Positions 11,682 through 22,843 of a stretch of 64,000 nucleotides of DNA are shown piece by piece. Position numbers and translations under genes: made by a program. How positions within the stretch are numbered: the stretch's first letter is position 1; each line of letters starts with the position of its first letter. Source of the stretch: Williopsis jadinii (lineage: Eukaryota). The stretch spans positions 868,001 through 932,000 of the forward strand of contig AP024664.1 of NCBI GenBank assembly GCA_024346625.1. The letters are read 5' to 3'. The notes under the pieces were generated by a model. That model was not told where the DNA came from, did no database searches, and saw only the letters and a program-made list of their open reading frames with translations.

Positions 11682-13100
11682 ATGACGGCGGACGCTACAG
11701 TGATGCGCCATATCTCCCAGAGGGCTCAGCAGCGAGAGGTTGTTGGGTTCCATGGGGTGCCGCTGCCAGATCACGTTAACAGACACCTGTCGCCTATATC
11801 GCTGAGTGGCGGTAGGCCACACGAGGGGTTCTATCCACTGACAAAGATCACGTATGAGTTCAAGGACCGCCCCTTTGGTGAGCCCAGAGGTGCTCAAGTG
11901 GTGGACCGAGTTGGTGAAGATGCCTCCAAGCTGGACCTGAAGAGGGCGCTGAACTATGGGCCTACAGAAGGGTTTCCGCAGCTGCTGGAGTTTGCAAAGG
12001 ACTTGGTCTCACTGACTAACAAGCCAGGGTATTCAACGTGGGATGTGACGCTGACAAACGGTTCTGGTGATTCACTCCACAAGGTGTTTAATCTGTTGCT
12101 TGATCCCGGTGATACGGTGCTATTGGAGGCATACACCTTTGTCCCCACGATCAACACCATTGGATCGTGGGGCGGGTCTCCTGTCCCCGTTCCAATAAAC
12201 TTTGAAGATGGTGGGATCGACGTTGATTACCTGGAGCAGTTGTTGGAAGGCTGGTTCCAAGGGCAGTACCAGGAGAAGCCATTCCCCAAGGTGCTGTACA
12301 CGATTCCAACGGGCCAAAACCCAACAGGACTATCGCTGAAGGAGTCCAAGCGTGAAAGGGTGTATGGATTGGCCAAGAAGTACGACTTTATTATCGTGGA
12401 AGATGATCCATATGGATACATCCAGTTGGGGGCCTTCACAGATGGTGTTGATAACCCTTTTGACGACGACACGTACGACTCTGCGAGATTTGTGAAGGAG
12501 AGATTGCTAAAATCATATATCCAGTACGATTCAGATGGCCGTGTGCTCCGTTTGGAGACGTTTTCCAAGGTCTTTGCACCAGGTGCACGGTTAGGATTCA
12601 TCGTGGGACACTCAGAGCTGATTCGTCGTATTATCGATCATTCAAACATTTCGACAAAGGCCCCGTCTGGGTTATCACAAGTCAGTGTCTTGTCCGCAAT
12701 TGTACATTCAGGTGGTGCTCGAGGTTGGATTGAATGGTGTGTGAAAGTTTCTAAAGTTTATACAGAGAGGAAGAACGTTCTTATCAGGACTCTCTTGGAG
12801 AGTGAAGCTTATAAGAAAGGCTACTTCAAGTACAATGAGGCAGACGCGGGTATGTTCATAACCATTGACCTCAATTTGCCTGAAGGTGACGACCATAGAT
12901 TGGAACTGGAGAGCTTCCGATATAAAGCGATTGAGAAGGGCGTTGAGGTTGTTCTGGGAAAGAATATGGCGTTCACCCCAGAGTATGCCAAGTCTGCCAA
13001 GTTCATCAGACTGACACTGGCAACTGCCAGTGACAACGATGAACTGATTGAAGCTGCAAGAAGACTCAGTCAAGCGGTGCTGAGTTTCTTTGAACAATAG
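11682..13100 (+). CDS. ARO9: PLP-dependent aromatic amino-acid aminotransferase (class I, Aro9/Aro8 family)
   Basis: ISLSGGRP, LYTIPTGQNPTG, IVEDDPYG, and the PLP lysine in TFSKVFAPGARLG. First ATG at 11682. Paralog assignment is tentative. Confidence 0.75.
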   Translation: MTADATVMRHISQRAQQREVVGFHGVPLPDHVNRHLSPISLSGGRPHEGFYPLTKITYEFKDRPFGEPRGAQVVDRVGEDASKLDLKRALNYGPTEGFPQLLEFAKDLVSLTNKPGYSTWDVTLTNGSGDSLHKVFNLLLDPGDTVLLEAYTFVPTINTIGSWGGSPVPVPINFEDGGIDVDYLEQLLEGWFQGQYQEKPFPKVLYTIPTGQNPTGLSLKESKRERVYGLAKKYDFIIVEDDPYGYIQLGAFTDGVDNPFDDDTYDSARFVKERLLKSYIQYDSDGRVLRLETFSKVFAPGARLGFIVGHSELIRRIIDHSNISTKAPSGLSQVSVLSAIVHSGGARGWIEWCVKVSKVYTERKNVLIRTLLESEAYKKGYFKYNEADAGMFITIDLNLPEGDDHRLELESFRYKAIEKGVEVVLGKNMAFTPEYAKSAKFIRLTLATASDNDELIEAARRLSQAVLSFFEQ

Positions 13101-14107
13101 TTATGATTGGTCTCAAAATTGCAGCAAGATCAGTTGTAACGAAGGGTAACGATGGATACAGTGTTTGAGTATTAAATTATGGGCTCAGCAACTGAGCTTG
13201 GAGCCAAATTGTCATCGAAGGTCTCCATGATGTACTGGTATTTTCACCTAATCAATGGCCATATTACTGCTATCATCTTCGTACAGGCAACTGGAGATAG
13301 AGATTACTATGTGCTGGGAACAATACGTACTGGAAGCTTAGAACCTTGCCGATGTAGTGAAGGAAAACTCATGTTTCTTGGGCTATAGTCATCAAGGCTG
13401 GGGAATTGCCTGGACGAGGTAGCGGCTTTAGTACTGAGGTCAGATCCTGTCTTACTACTCTTACCACTTTGCGTCATTATTCAGCGGACACACCAGTTTT
13501 ACCTCTAAAGTAACGTTATACTGAGCTCATCTGATCATATTGGGAAGACTAGTGGCACTGATCTGGCGAAGAAGGTGATATGCTTGTGCTTGCACATATC
13601 ATTTTATTGCACTTGCGCCATGTAGCACAAGATATGCCTTTCCAACGGAAATTGGGATCATCCATTTTTGTATTGGGATGTTTGGTACTATAGCCACCTA
13701 ATGTTGATGCCTTAGCGATATGCATGCAAAATTGATCCGTTGCTCGGTAAGCTCAGCACTGCAACTCTTGATCATGCGAGTGTAGAAACCAGGCACCTCG
13801 TGGAATGGGGAAACTAGAGAGTGGTGATAGTAATAAAGGAGGCTTTCTTGGTCTTCTTATGGCACCTGTACCAGCACAAACTAGCCACCTGGGCATTTCG
13901 ACCCCGGATAGAGAGACTTCTACATGCAGTTTATACAGTCCAATGACCTAATATTCCCAACCAATAATCGGTCAACCACGATACTTTATCTATAGCTCAA
14001 CCTCTGAAACTGTAACCGAGATGTCATCGGTCATCAGCCATTAACGGTGCCACATATTACCTATTACTCAACACTAGATATCAGGAAATGAATGCTTTAG
14101 ACACTGA

Positions 14108-14932
14108 CCTGCCTATATAACTCTGGCTACATACAAGAGGTGCAGGTCAGGCTAACATGGGCCCTGGCCATGAGCCATTTCACCGTGTAGCAATGACTAT
14201 CCAAGAACGACTTTGGTCGAAGCTAATGGAGAGAATTATCTCTTGTAAATGGCGTACTTAATCGTATATTCGTTAGAAAGCTGGCAGACATGTGCAAACC
14301 AGTGATGGCCCTACAAGGGTGTTTTCACCAATATGGCGCTTCCTCGAGAGTAAACCCGTAGGCAGAAAACCCCAAGTGTCTTCGTGGGGTGCGGCCCCCA
14401 GTCAGCAGTTTGTAGAACGGCACCCTACGCGGGCGTGGACAAATTAGGTGCCCAGGCCCCCACAGGCTCACTTTGTAGAACTCATACACATTAAATTTAA
14501 AGGGAGAGTGGACACGGAATACGGAGAGGGAGGTGGGAATTCTACAGGCAGTCTCACACTCAAGCAGGGTGTGAATTTAGTTCAGTTGCGCCATTTCTTG
14601 CGCAGACTCACTAGCAACCTCTGGCCGACCGCCCCCCCCCCCGCCAGCGTAGCAGCCTGTGCACCGCCAACACAAATGTTTAACGCCAGTCGAGGACTTG
14701 CGTTGTGGGTCCACGAGGGGCTCGGGGCGGTGGGCGGCGTAAGCTAAGCGGGAGTCTACGGGGCAGTGAGTGGTGCGTTAAATCAGTGGGCTGGCGTAAG
14801 CAGCACCAGTTTAACAGTGGGAAAACTGACTCCAGGCCGCCAAACACCTCCTTCCCCCTTTCAGAAAGCAGCCGGCTGGCGGAGGGGGCAGCGGACGAAA
14901 AACAAAAAAAGTTGAACAAGAGTTTAGGCAGG
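14108..14932. promoter_or_regulatory. GC-rich HMO1 promoter with IFHL-like motifs
   Basis: CCTGCCTA at 14108-14115, TAGGCAGA at 14359-14366 (reverse complement TCTGCCTA), TAGGCAGG at 14925-14932, plus further GGCAG/GGCGG. Confidence 0.5.
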
Positions 14933-15094
14933 AAATAAACAAAACCCAGTAGGTTTCCCCCCTAAATTTTCCTTCCTCCTTCCACCTGCTCCCCCTAACC
15001 CTCATCAGCAAATAGCTCTACCCCAAACAGAAACTAGCTCAGCCTGGCATCTTGAATAGGCTCAACATTAAACTTGAGGAACGAAATTAACAAA

Positions 15095-15982
15095 ATGTCC
15101 AACCAACTGAAAGTCGCAAAGGACTCTGTGAGTAGATCTATCACTGAACCAGAAGTTGAACCTGGCTCAACTCGTCCAATTGGGTTCTGGTGTTGTTTTG
15201 TTTTGTTTTTTTTGGTGAGCTTTGTCAATACTAACACGCTTTGTTTACAGTTAGTGTCGTCGCTTTATGAGCTCTCCAAGGCCGCAGCGGAGGCTTCCTC
15301 AGCAGCCGTTGACTTCTATAACGCTTCGTTAACAAATAACGATGATGCTACTCACGTCTTTGGTGAATTGGCGGACTCGCTTAAGCTCTTGACACACGCT
15401 GCAAACGGTGTCCAGCTTTCTGCAAAGGCCATTGTCACTGACGCGAGCCTGGCATCGGTAGTGGCCGATCCTGCTCTTTTGGCGGCAGTTGCAGGTGAAC
15501 CGTTGACCACTCACACTGCTGGTGAAGTTACTGCCATCGAGAAGCCAGCAAGAAAGAAAGCAGAGAAGGATCCATATGCTCCAAAGAAACCACTGACCGT
15601 GTTCTTTGCCTACTCTGCTTATATCCGCGAGGCCATCCGTGAGGAACGCGCTTCAAAGGGCTTACCACCTTTATCATCAACAGAGATCACACAGGTGATT
15701 TCGCAAAAATGGAACGACATGAGCGAACAGGAGAAGGACAAGTGGAAAGAGGCATATGGTCTTGAACTTGCCAACTACCAACAGTTGAAGGAGAAGTACT
15801 TGGAGGATAAAAAGAACGGCCTGCCTGTCAACACCACCATCCCAACACACGCTCCAGTTCCGGTACCAGCCTTCCTTGAGAAGACCAAGAAGAGATCTGG
15901 CGAAGATAAAAAGGAAAAGAAAAAGTCCAAGAAGTCCAAGAAGAAGAATCCTGAAGATATCTCCTCGTCTCATGAATTCTGA
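15095..15982 (+). CDS. HMO1: HMG-box chromatin protein Hmo1; join(15095..15127,15251..15982), 254 aa
   Basis: Splicing restores the conserved AKDS|LVSSLYELSKAA. Intron: GTGAGT at 15128, TACTAAC at 15229-15235, CAG ending 15250. HMG box KDPYAPKKPLTVFFAY and Lys-rich tail. Confidence 0.93.
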   Translation: MSNQLKVAKDSVSRSITEPEVEPGSTRPIGFWCCFVLFFLVSFVNTNTLCLQLVSSLYELSKAAAEASSAAVDFYNASLTNNDDATHVFGELADSLKLLTHAANGVQLSAKAIVTDASLASVVADPALLAAVAGEPLTTHTAGEVTAIEKPARKKAEKDPYAPKKPLTVFFAYSAYIREAIREERASKGLPPLSSTEITQVISQKWNDMSEQEKDKWKEAYGLELANYQQLKEKYLEDKKNGLPVNTTIPTHAPVPVPAFLEKTKKRSGEDKKEKKKSKKSKKKNPEDISSSHEF

Positions 15983-16531
15983 TCGGCGAATAGTGTTTCC
16001 CTCTAGATGAGGCACTCTTTTCAAATCACAGGATACATTGGATTGTTTTTCTTTACTTCTTTTTTCTTGTTCTTTCATGTTCTTCCATGTTCTTCATCTG
16101 CTTCCTTCATTCTACTAACTTCCGTATGTGTTTTTTCTTGTCTATGGCTGTAATCCTTTATGATGTGTTATTCTTGAATACTCGATGCCATCGTGTCTCG
16201 TATTCATCGTTTGTGTTATTTGTCTATATTCTCTTTTTTTTACATATCTATAGTGCTATTCCTATGGATCTTGACAACTTGCTTTCCCCGTAGAATGTAT
16301 ATAACACCAACGAATTCTATAAGCTTTTAAACCATTTTGACTGTTTGTTAAGGTGGAGCGGTGATGTACTGCGAAATATACCTATTATCGTTAGGGGACA
16401 CAGCACACAGAACAGAAAAAAAACTTACGCCGGCGATCAATGAAGAAAAGAAGAAAAAAACCGCTGTCGAAGTGCTTGAAAGCTCAAGTAGTCTCACGTT
16501 TGGACAAGCGAGTTGTTTCAACCAATCACTA

Positions 16532-17410
16532 ATGTTTAGACTTACAACAAGACAATTCTCATCGAGCGCATCCAGATTATCTGATTTGTATCTTCACCCT
16601 GAGAAATGGGCTGGTAAACCTGCGGAAGAGATCCTCGAGTTGTTCAAAAAACGTCGTTCTCTCCTCGGTGCCCAATTCAAGCCTGACGATGCTGAGTTGG
16701 CAGCGCTGAAGAGCACATCTTCCCATACCGGTGTGTCACCATACATCATTGAGAAGCTTTACTATGGCGGAGAGTCCACGGCTCTCGACCTGAATGGTCA
16801 GAAGCATGAGGATAACTACAGTCCAGCCAAGTTCCAATACGACGAGTACCCAGAAGCTGCTCAGGAGATCATCAGAGACCACAGAGAACAAAGAGAGTAC
16901 AACAGGATCGCAGCTTATGAAATGCCACACTTGGCTAAGTACCGTCAGGAGTACAAGCCACCACAGGGCAAGCCAGTGACATACAAGTACACCACCTATC
17001 TCGGAGAGGAGGAATACAGAGCCAACAGAAAGGTCACGCTGACTTTGAAAGTGAAAGATCTCGGGCTCAATGAGAAGGAATCCCACAAGTTCAAAGTGCT
17101 TGCTGGCGTGAGATACGACGGCAGCAAAGACGAGTTCAAAATGAGCAGCGAAAGATTCGAGGAACCATTGCAGAACACCAGATTCCTCTCAGAAGTCCTC
17201 TCGGATCTGCTCAAGGCCTCCAAGGACCTCAGCCAAGACTTGAGTGACATCCCTCTTGACCAGCGTCACGTCCAAGCCAGACAGAGAAAGAGAAAGTACA
17301 AGAAGAGCGCTGTATTCAAGAATGCCTTCCCAGAGGAGTGGAAGAGACCACAAGATGCACCAAAGAAGGTGAAGTCCGTACTGGATATCCTTACTGAGTC
17401 ACCAGCATAG
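16532..17410 (+). CDS. RSM24: Mitochondrial small-subunit ribosomal protein mS35
   Basis: Presequence MFRLTTRQFSSS, DLYLHPEKW, YNRIAAYEMP. Order HMO1-RSM24-NGG1 as in S. cerevisiae (YDR174-176). Confidence 0.88.
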   Translation: MFRLTTRQFSSSASRLSDLYLHPEKWAGKPAEEILELFKKRRSLLGAQFKPDDAELAALKSTSSHTGVSPYIIEKLYYGGESTALDLNGQKHEDNYSPAKFQYDEYPEAAQEIIRDHREQREYNRIAAYEMPHLAKYRQEYKPPQGKPVTYKYTTYLGEEEYRANRKVTLTLKVKDLGLNEKESHKFKVLAGVRYDGSKDEFKMSSERFEEPLQNTRFLSEVLSDLLKASKDLSQDLSDIPLDQRHVQARQRKRKYKKSAVFKNAFPEEWKRPQDAPKKVKSVLDILTESPA

Positions 17411-17700
17411 AACCAATGTATATACATAGCCAAAACGGATATCTAAACAGTATAAGAAAGGCCAAACAGCAAACCAAAACGTGTATATAGTGAAGCAGTT
17501 ATTGTTGTTGTTGTTGATGATGTTGTAGTTTGCGAGGCTTCGCGAATCGTACATTTCTATTTTTTGTCGTTTTTGTGTCGAGCAAAAGGTAAACAGAGGT
17601 TCCGGTTGTGTTGTGGAACGTTATCAAAACAAAACATCAACATCAACATCAACAACAACAACAAAACACACACATCAGTGGAAGCTTTGGTGTCGAGGGT

Positions 17701-19671
17701 ATGGGTACAAGAAATTCTGGGCGTAGACGTGGGGGCTCCACAACGAGTGGCTCATCGGGAAAACAGGCTGGGAAGAAAACTACAAAGGTATCTGCCCCAT
17801 CAACGACGCTCAACGAGGTGTTGTCTCTGTTGAGCATTCAGTACGATAGCGATTTGGGTGTTCTCAATGGTGACTTCGTGACGCGTGCTCCGGAGCTGGC
17901 AGTGCTGACGTCTCTGAAGAAAAGCTTGGTGAAGCTTAGCGACCAATTGGAGATTGCGTCTAACAACGATGAGTCTACTATCGAACGGATGCGTGAGAAG
18001 CAGAGGGAGTTGACTGCGGGTGGCGATATGGACACAGAGGCCGAGCCAGGGACTAAGGAAGCTACTGTGGAGCCTGAGGAGGAAGATGGGGAGATGGAAG
18101 AGTCGATCAAACAGGAAGATGGTGAAGAAAAAGAGGTAGAAGAAGACAGCCATGATGATGATGAAAATGGTGATCATGATGACGACCCTGTTGATGGTCC
18201 TGTTGATGACAAAAGTGCCGATGTCGAAATGAAAGATGAATATGGACCAGCTCCATCTGAAGTAACCAGTCCAGCGGAAAGGCCGCAAGATGATGACGAT
18301 GACAAATTTGAAGACGCCACAGATAAACTGGATACTACAACTGAAAGAAAGCTCAGTATCGAGAGAATGGAAAATGATCCCACGGTAAAAAACCCCAAAT
18401 CTGAGTTTGTTACATCGCAAACATTACCTGCAGCAGCGTTAGCATTGGGGTTGTTTAACGAGGAAGACGGTGGATTGCATGAAACAGGTGAAGAATACTT
18501 AAAGAAACGGTATGGTGTTGCATCGTACCCAAAGACTGATTTGAGAGATAAACTACCTGGTGAAATTCCGGATATTGATTTCTCAAAGTCGAAGCCGACA
18601 AACCAAGTGCAGTTTGCAACTTTTCAAACGTTCTTTGAGAACTTTTACAGACAATTTACCGATGAAGATCTTAAGTTCTTGAAAGGAAAATATTTGATCC
18701 CTGACTCACTGTCAAGTGATCCAAACTATGATCCTAATATTACACCATATCTAATACCTGATTTGGGTCAACTCTATGCAGAGATTTGGAATAACGAGGA
18801 AGGTGCTATAAACTATACATCGCCAGTTGAGCCTATTACCCTTGATTCAATAGAGCCAAAAATGTCTTCAACTGATTTAACGGATGAGACGATAGATACA
18901 GAGAGCGTATCATGTGGTCCATTGGTTTCCCGGCTCCTTAGTGCGATAATGAAAGATGAAAGTTCTGATGATGAGGACGAAACAAGCAATTCAAATGAAA
19001 CGAGAACCAGTGTTACAACACTCCCAGACCAACCTGCTTGGAAAGTTTCAAGTGTAAATACAGACTACACCACGCTTGAGGATAGATTGAAAAGGGAATT
19101 GAAGTTTATTGGGATTTTCACAGATTTGGGAAATGATTCATCAAAGGCACAAGATGGCGAAGACCGCGAGCCTAACTGGTTAAAGCCTGAAGATGACGAA
19201 GTTTCCACAGAGCTTAGAGCTCTACAAAGCGAGTTGAGAGAAGTGTCAAAGCGCAACAACAAGCGCAAGAGAATACTAATACCTATTATCGAGCAACAAT
19301 TAGCATGGCAGGAGTATAACTCGATTTTGGATGACTTGGAAAAGCAAATCGACCAGACATATATGAAACGTATCCGTGTTCCAAAGAACAAGAAGCGTAA
19401 GACAGCAGCTACAAGTGTTCCGCCTTCTCTACAAGCACAGATGCAGCAACAAGCTGCTCAGCAGGCAGCTGCTAATGCAGCTGTTAAATCTTTGTTGGAA
19501 AAACGCCAGAGATGGATAGACAAGATTGGGCCTTTGTTTGACACAGGCGATGGGATCGAGAGTTTGAAGAAGTATCCAAAAGAGAGTGTGTTTGAAAGAG
19601 AAAACCTAGACGAAGATGAGGATGAGTATTACGAAGACGGTGACGATCTTGTACTTCAACAGGATAATTGA
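17701..19671 (+). CDS. NGG1: SAGA/ADA histone acetyltransferase subunit Ada3
   Basis: KNPKSEFVTSQTLP, YGVASYP..DL..LPGEIPD.DFS..KP.NQVQF, SCGPLVSRLLSA. First ATG at 17701. Confidence 0.92.
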   Translation: MGTRNSGRRRGGSTTSGSSGKQAGKKTTKVSAPSTTLNEVLSLLSIQYDSDLGVLNGDFVTRAPELAVLTSLKKSLVKLSDQLEIASNNDESTIERMREKQRELTAGGDMDTEAEPGTKEATVEPEEEDGEMEESIKQEDGEEKEVEEDSHDDDENGDHDDDPVDGPVDDKSADVEMKDEYGPAPSEVTSPAERPQDDDDDKFEDATDKLDTTTERKLSIERMENDPTVKNPKSEFVTSQTLPAAALALGLFNEEDGGLHETGEEYLKKRYGVASYPKTDLRDKLPGEIPDIDFSKSKPTNQVQFATFQTFFENFYRQFTDEDLKFLKGKYLIPDSLSSDPNYDPNITPYLIPDLGQLYAEIWNNEEGAINYTSPVEPITLDSIEPKMSSTDLTDETIDTESVSCGPLVSRLLSAIMKDESSDDEDETSNSNETRTSVTTLPDQPAWKVSSVNTDYTTLEDRLKRELKFIGIFTDLGNDSSKAQDGEDREPNWLKPEDDEVSTELRALQSELREVSKRNNKRKRILIPIIEQQLAWQEYNSILDDLEKQIDQTYMKRIRVPKNKKRKTAATSVPPSLQAQMQQQAAQQAAANAAVKSLLEKRQRWIDKIGPLFDTGDGIESLKKYPKESVFERENLDEDEDEYYEDGDDLVLQQDN

Positions 19672-19737
19672 AATTTATACAAGGAGAGGAGTGGTGAAGA
19701 AAAAAAAACAGGAAATTCGATTCATATATACAAGGTC

Positions 19738-21132
19738 TTAAGCAAGTGCTTTGGTGATTTCACGAACAGGAGGAAGAGATGTGACGTTACCCAATGCTGC
19801 AATCGACACTGGTTTGTTGTTTAATCTGTAGTTTGCCCAGTTAACAACATCATCTTTTGTTATAACATCAACCTTCTCAAAAACATCTTCTGGACTCAGT
19901 CTCTTACCTGTAGTGACAATTTGTCTTCCAATGTCTTCAGCAATAGCAGTAGAACCATCCAAACTTAAGAGCAGAGATGCTTTAAGCTGTGCTTTTGCTC
20001 TTTGCACCTCAGCATCAGTAAACTCGCCTCTCTTGAGTCTGTTCCACTCCTTGACGATTTCATCAATGACGTACTTCAAGTTGGTATGTTTATCAGCTGT
20101 TAGATAGACACCCCATAGGCCCGTATCCGAGTATGACGTTGAAAATGACATGTATGAGTTAGCCATTGGTTCGTTACCATCACCAGAGACACCACCAGCA
20201 ACAGCCAGGGCAAGCTTTGAAGGGGAGTTCGAGCCTGTTCCTTGAGATCTATCCCAGTTACCAACGATGGACTGTGTGACAAGTGCAGTGAAGTAATCAG
20301 GTGCGTTCCACGAGACACCTTCCAACGCAATGGCAATGTGGGTTGTTGGAATCGAATCTTCCTGGATCTTGATCTCATCACCGTAGAACACAGGTAACTG
20401 TCCTCTTGGAGAGCCCAGTGGAAGGTGTGCAGCACTGGAAGTCAAATGGCCAAAGTACTGCTGAGCATATTCCACCAACTTGTCGTGATCCACAGCACCT
20501 GCGCCGACAAGAACCATACGATCCGCATGGTAGTTTGTTGCAATGTATGTGCTCAAGTCATCTCTTTTGATCTTCTTGATGTTTTCAATAGGACCCAAAA
20601 TGGTACGTCCCAGTGGCTGGTCTTTATAACAAATGGCGTGCAAATGATCAAAGACAACTTCATCGTACATCTTATCAACCTCTTCAGACTCTCTGATGAT
20701 AACGTCACGTTCTCTTTCAATGGCCTTTGGGTCCAACACAGACTTCGTCAGGATATCGCTGAGAACGTCAATCGACTGAGAAATGTCGCCTTCCGTTGAT
20801 TTGGCGTAATACACCGTGTTCTCCCTGGAGGTGTAAGCGTTGAGATGTGCACCCAGGTTCTCAATCTCCAGCTCAAGGTGTAATTGCGATCTTCTCTGGG
20901 TGCCCTTGAACGCCAGATGCTCCAGGAAATGCGCAGTACCGTTGTTCTTAGCGTTCTCAGCTCTGGACCCGGCATCGATCCACATGCCCACGGTGGCCGT
21001 GGAGAGACCTGGGATCTTTTCCGACGCCACAACCAGGCCATTCGGAAGTGTTGATGTCTGAGTCGTTGGCAGTGTAGAGAGCGTTCTTGTGAGGGACTTG
21101 GATCCGCCTCTCAGGGCTGTGCGAAGCATCAT
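19738..21132 (-). CDS. MAS1: Mitochondrial processing peptidase beta subunit, 464 aa
   Basis: M16 inverted zinc motif HFLEH and LNAYTSRENTVYYAK. Confidence 0.95.
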   Translation of the reverse strand: MMLRTALRGGSKSLTRTLSTLPTTQTSTLPNGLVVASEKIPGLSTATVGMWIDAGSRAENAKNNGTAHFLEHLAFKGTQRRSQLHLELEIENLGAHLNAYTSRENTVYYAKSTEGDISQSIDVLSDILTKSVLDPKAIERERDVIIRESEEVDKMYDEVVFDHLHAICYKDQPLGRTILGPIENIKKIKRDDLSTYIATNYHADRMVLVGAGAVDHDKLVEYAQQYFGHLTSSAAHLPLGSPRGQLPVFYGDEIKIQEDSIPTTHIAIALEGVSWNAPDYFTALVTQSIVGNWDRSQGTGSNSPSKLALAVAGGVSGDGNEPMANSYMSFSTSYSDTGLWGVYLTADKHTNLKYVIDEIVKEWNRLKRGEFTDAEVQRAKAQLKASLLLSLDGSTAIAEDIGRQIVTTGKRLSPEDVFEKVDVITKDDVVNWANYRLNNKPVSIAALGNVTSLPPVREITKALA

Positions 21133-21482
21133 GGTCTATACCTGGGAAAAGTGTGAGAGATGGGGATTAAACGGTGATGAAGATGATTCTAAAACCGCTT
21201 TATATGAAACCGAGAGATTTGTCACCAATTGCGAAACCAGAACAGGCCTCAGAGAAAAAAACTGTGAGCTTTTTTGGTGTGTGGATGTTTTGATCTGACA
21301 ACCCGAGGGCTGGATCACATGACTGCACCGGAAGTGACCTTTGCCTCCTCGCGCGTTTCCGGGTAACGGGCCCACAGTGTTTGATCACAACTCGCAATGT
21401 ATACAGCACCCATAACGATAGAACCTGTCCTGAGCTTTGTGAATAGCCCCTGGTCTGCTGTTGTTTAGCGAGGTTCATCATC

Positions 21483-22751
21483 ATGTCGGACGAGGATGAC
21501 TTTATGATGTCCGATGGCGAGTCGTACGAATTCGAGTTTGAAGATGACGACGATGAAAGAGACGACCAACACATGGAGGGCAGTGACGAGGGAAACGACG
21601 AGGGCTCTCCGGAGTCGTTGTACTACAAGGCGAAGTCTGTGAAGCAGGATGACCCCAAGAGAGCCATTGAGATCTTTTCCAGCGTGCTGGGTTGTGCCGG
21701 TGACAACACCGAGACGGTGGAGTACAAGTTCAAGTCTCTGAAGCAGATATTGAAGCTGCTGTACAAGCATGACGACGCCGACGATCTAAGTGAATGGGCG
21801 CTGAAGATCTTCGATCTTCCCCTGGAGAAGTTGCCCCGTGGTTATGTCGAGGATAGCTTTAGCAGAATGCTGGAGGCGTATAGTGGAGCACCGAAGGAGG
21901 ATCAGCTCCATTTCCTTGAGACCTTTCTGAGCAAGTTCCATGGAAGCGACAGGATCACAATGAAGGCTTCTCTGAAGAGGATCTTCTTGCTGCTAGAGCT
22001 TCGCCAGTTTGATAGAATGCTGGCGTATCTCGCCAGGCTTCATACCAAGCTGGATTCTATGCCAGAAATAACCCGTAACGCCTATCTCTTGGAGCTGTAC
22101 GCCATTGAGATTCAGGCGTATTCAGAGACAAACAACGTTCCAAAGTTGAGAGAACTGTACAAGAAGACGTTGTCGATACAAAGCACAATTCCACATCCCA
22201 GCATCAATGCTGTTGTGAAAGAATGCGGGGGTAAAATGCACATGAGAGATGAGAACTATGAGCTGGCCTCGGATGAGTTTTACGAAAGCTTCAAGAACTA
22301 TGACGAAATTGGCAACCAGAAGAAGAGAATCCAGGTCCTGAAGTATCTGATAGTGTCGTCCATTCTCAACAAGAATGAGATCAACAAGTTTGAAAGCCAG
22401 GAGACGAAATACTTCCTGAAGAACAACGAGATCTTGAAGTTCGTCAAGCTATTACAGAGCTTTGACAGGTTGGATAACCATGGATTTACCACGTTGTACA
22501 AGGAACTGCTCATATCTGAGAAATCTGATCCATTCATGATTGACACGCTAACCAAGATACGGGCAGTTCTCAAGATCAAACTACTTGTCCATTACATCAA
22601 GCCGTTCAAACGCCTGTCTTTAGATAGACTCAGTGGAGATTTGAGAATATCACAGAACGATATCGAGGACATCTTCTTGAAACTGCGTGCGAATGGTGAA
22701 GTGCCAAACGTTCGTCTCGACTTGGTTGATGGAATTGTTTATAATGAATAG
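21483..22751 (+). CDS. CSN2: COP9 signalosome subunit 2 (PCI domain), 422 aa
   Basis: Acidic N-terminus DDFMMSD..YEFEFED, FKSLKQ, LLELYAIEIQ, IPHP...VKECGGKMH, FYESFKNYDE.G. Confidence 0.88.
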   Translation: MSDEDDFMMSDGESYEFEFEDDDDERDDQHMEGSDEGNDEGSPESLYYKAKSVKQDDPKRAIEIFSSVLGCAGDNTETVEYKFKSLKQILKLLYKHDDADDLSEWALKIFDLPLEKLPRGYVEDSFSRMLEAYSGAPKEDQLHFLETFLSKFHGSDRITMKASLKRIFLLLELRQFDRMLAYLARLHTKLDSMPEITRNAYLLELYAIEIQAYSETNNVPKLRELYKKTLSIQSTIPHPSINAVVKECGGKMHMRDENYELASDEFYESFKNYDEIGNQKKRIQVLKYLIVSSILNKNEINKFESQETKYFLKNNEILKFVKLLQSFDRLDNHGFTTLYKELLISEKSDPFMIDTLTKIRAVLKIKLLVHYIKPFKRLSLDRLSGDLRISQNDIEDIFLKLRANGEVPNVRLDLVDGIVYNE

Positions 22752-22843
22752 AGATGACTACCGTATTCGAACTGGGATGAACTTATGTACATAGTAATCA
22801 CTTTAAAAAACACAAATCAGGTATGTATAGGATTGATCAATGA

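Noticed and set aside
16361..16531. N-terminal extensions from TTG/GTG starts in the ORF track (RSM24, NGG1, AVT1, SWT21, HMO1)
   Set aside because: Bacterial-style start calls; conserved sequence or targeting peptides begin at the first ATG.
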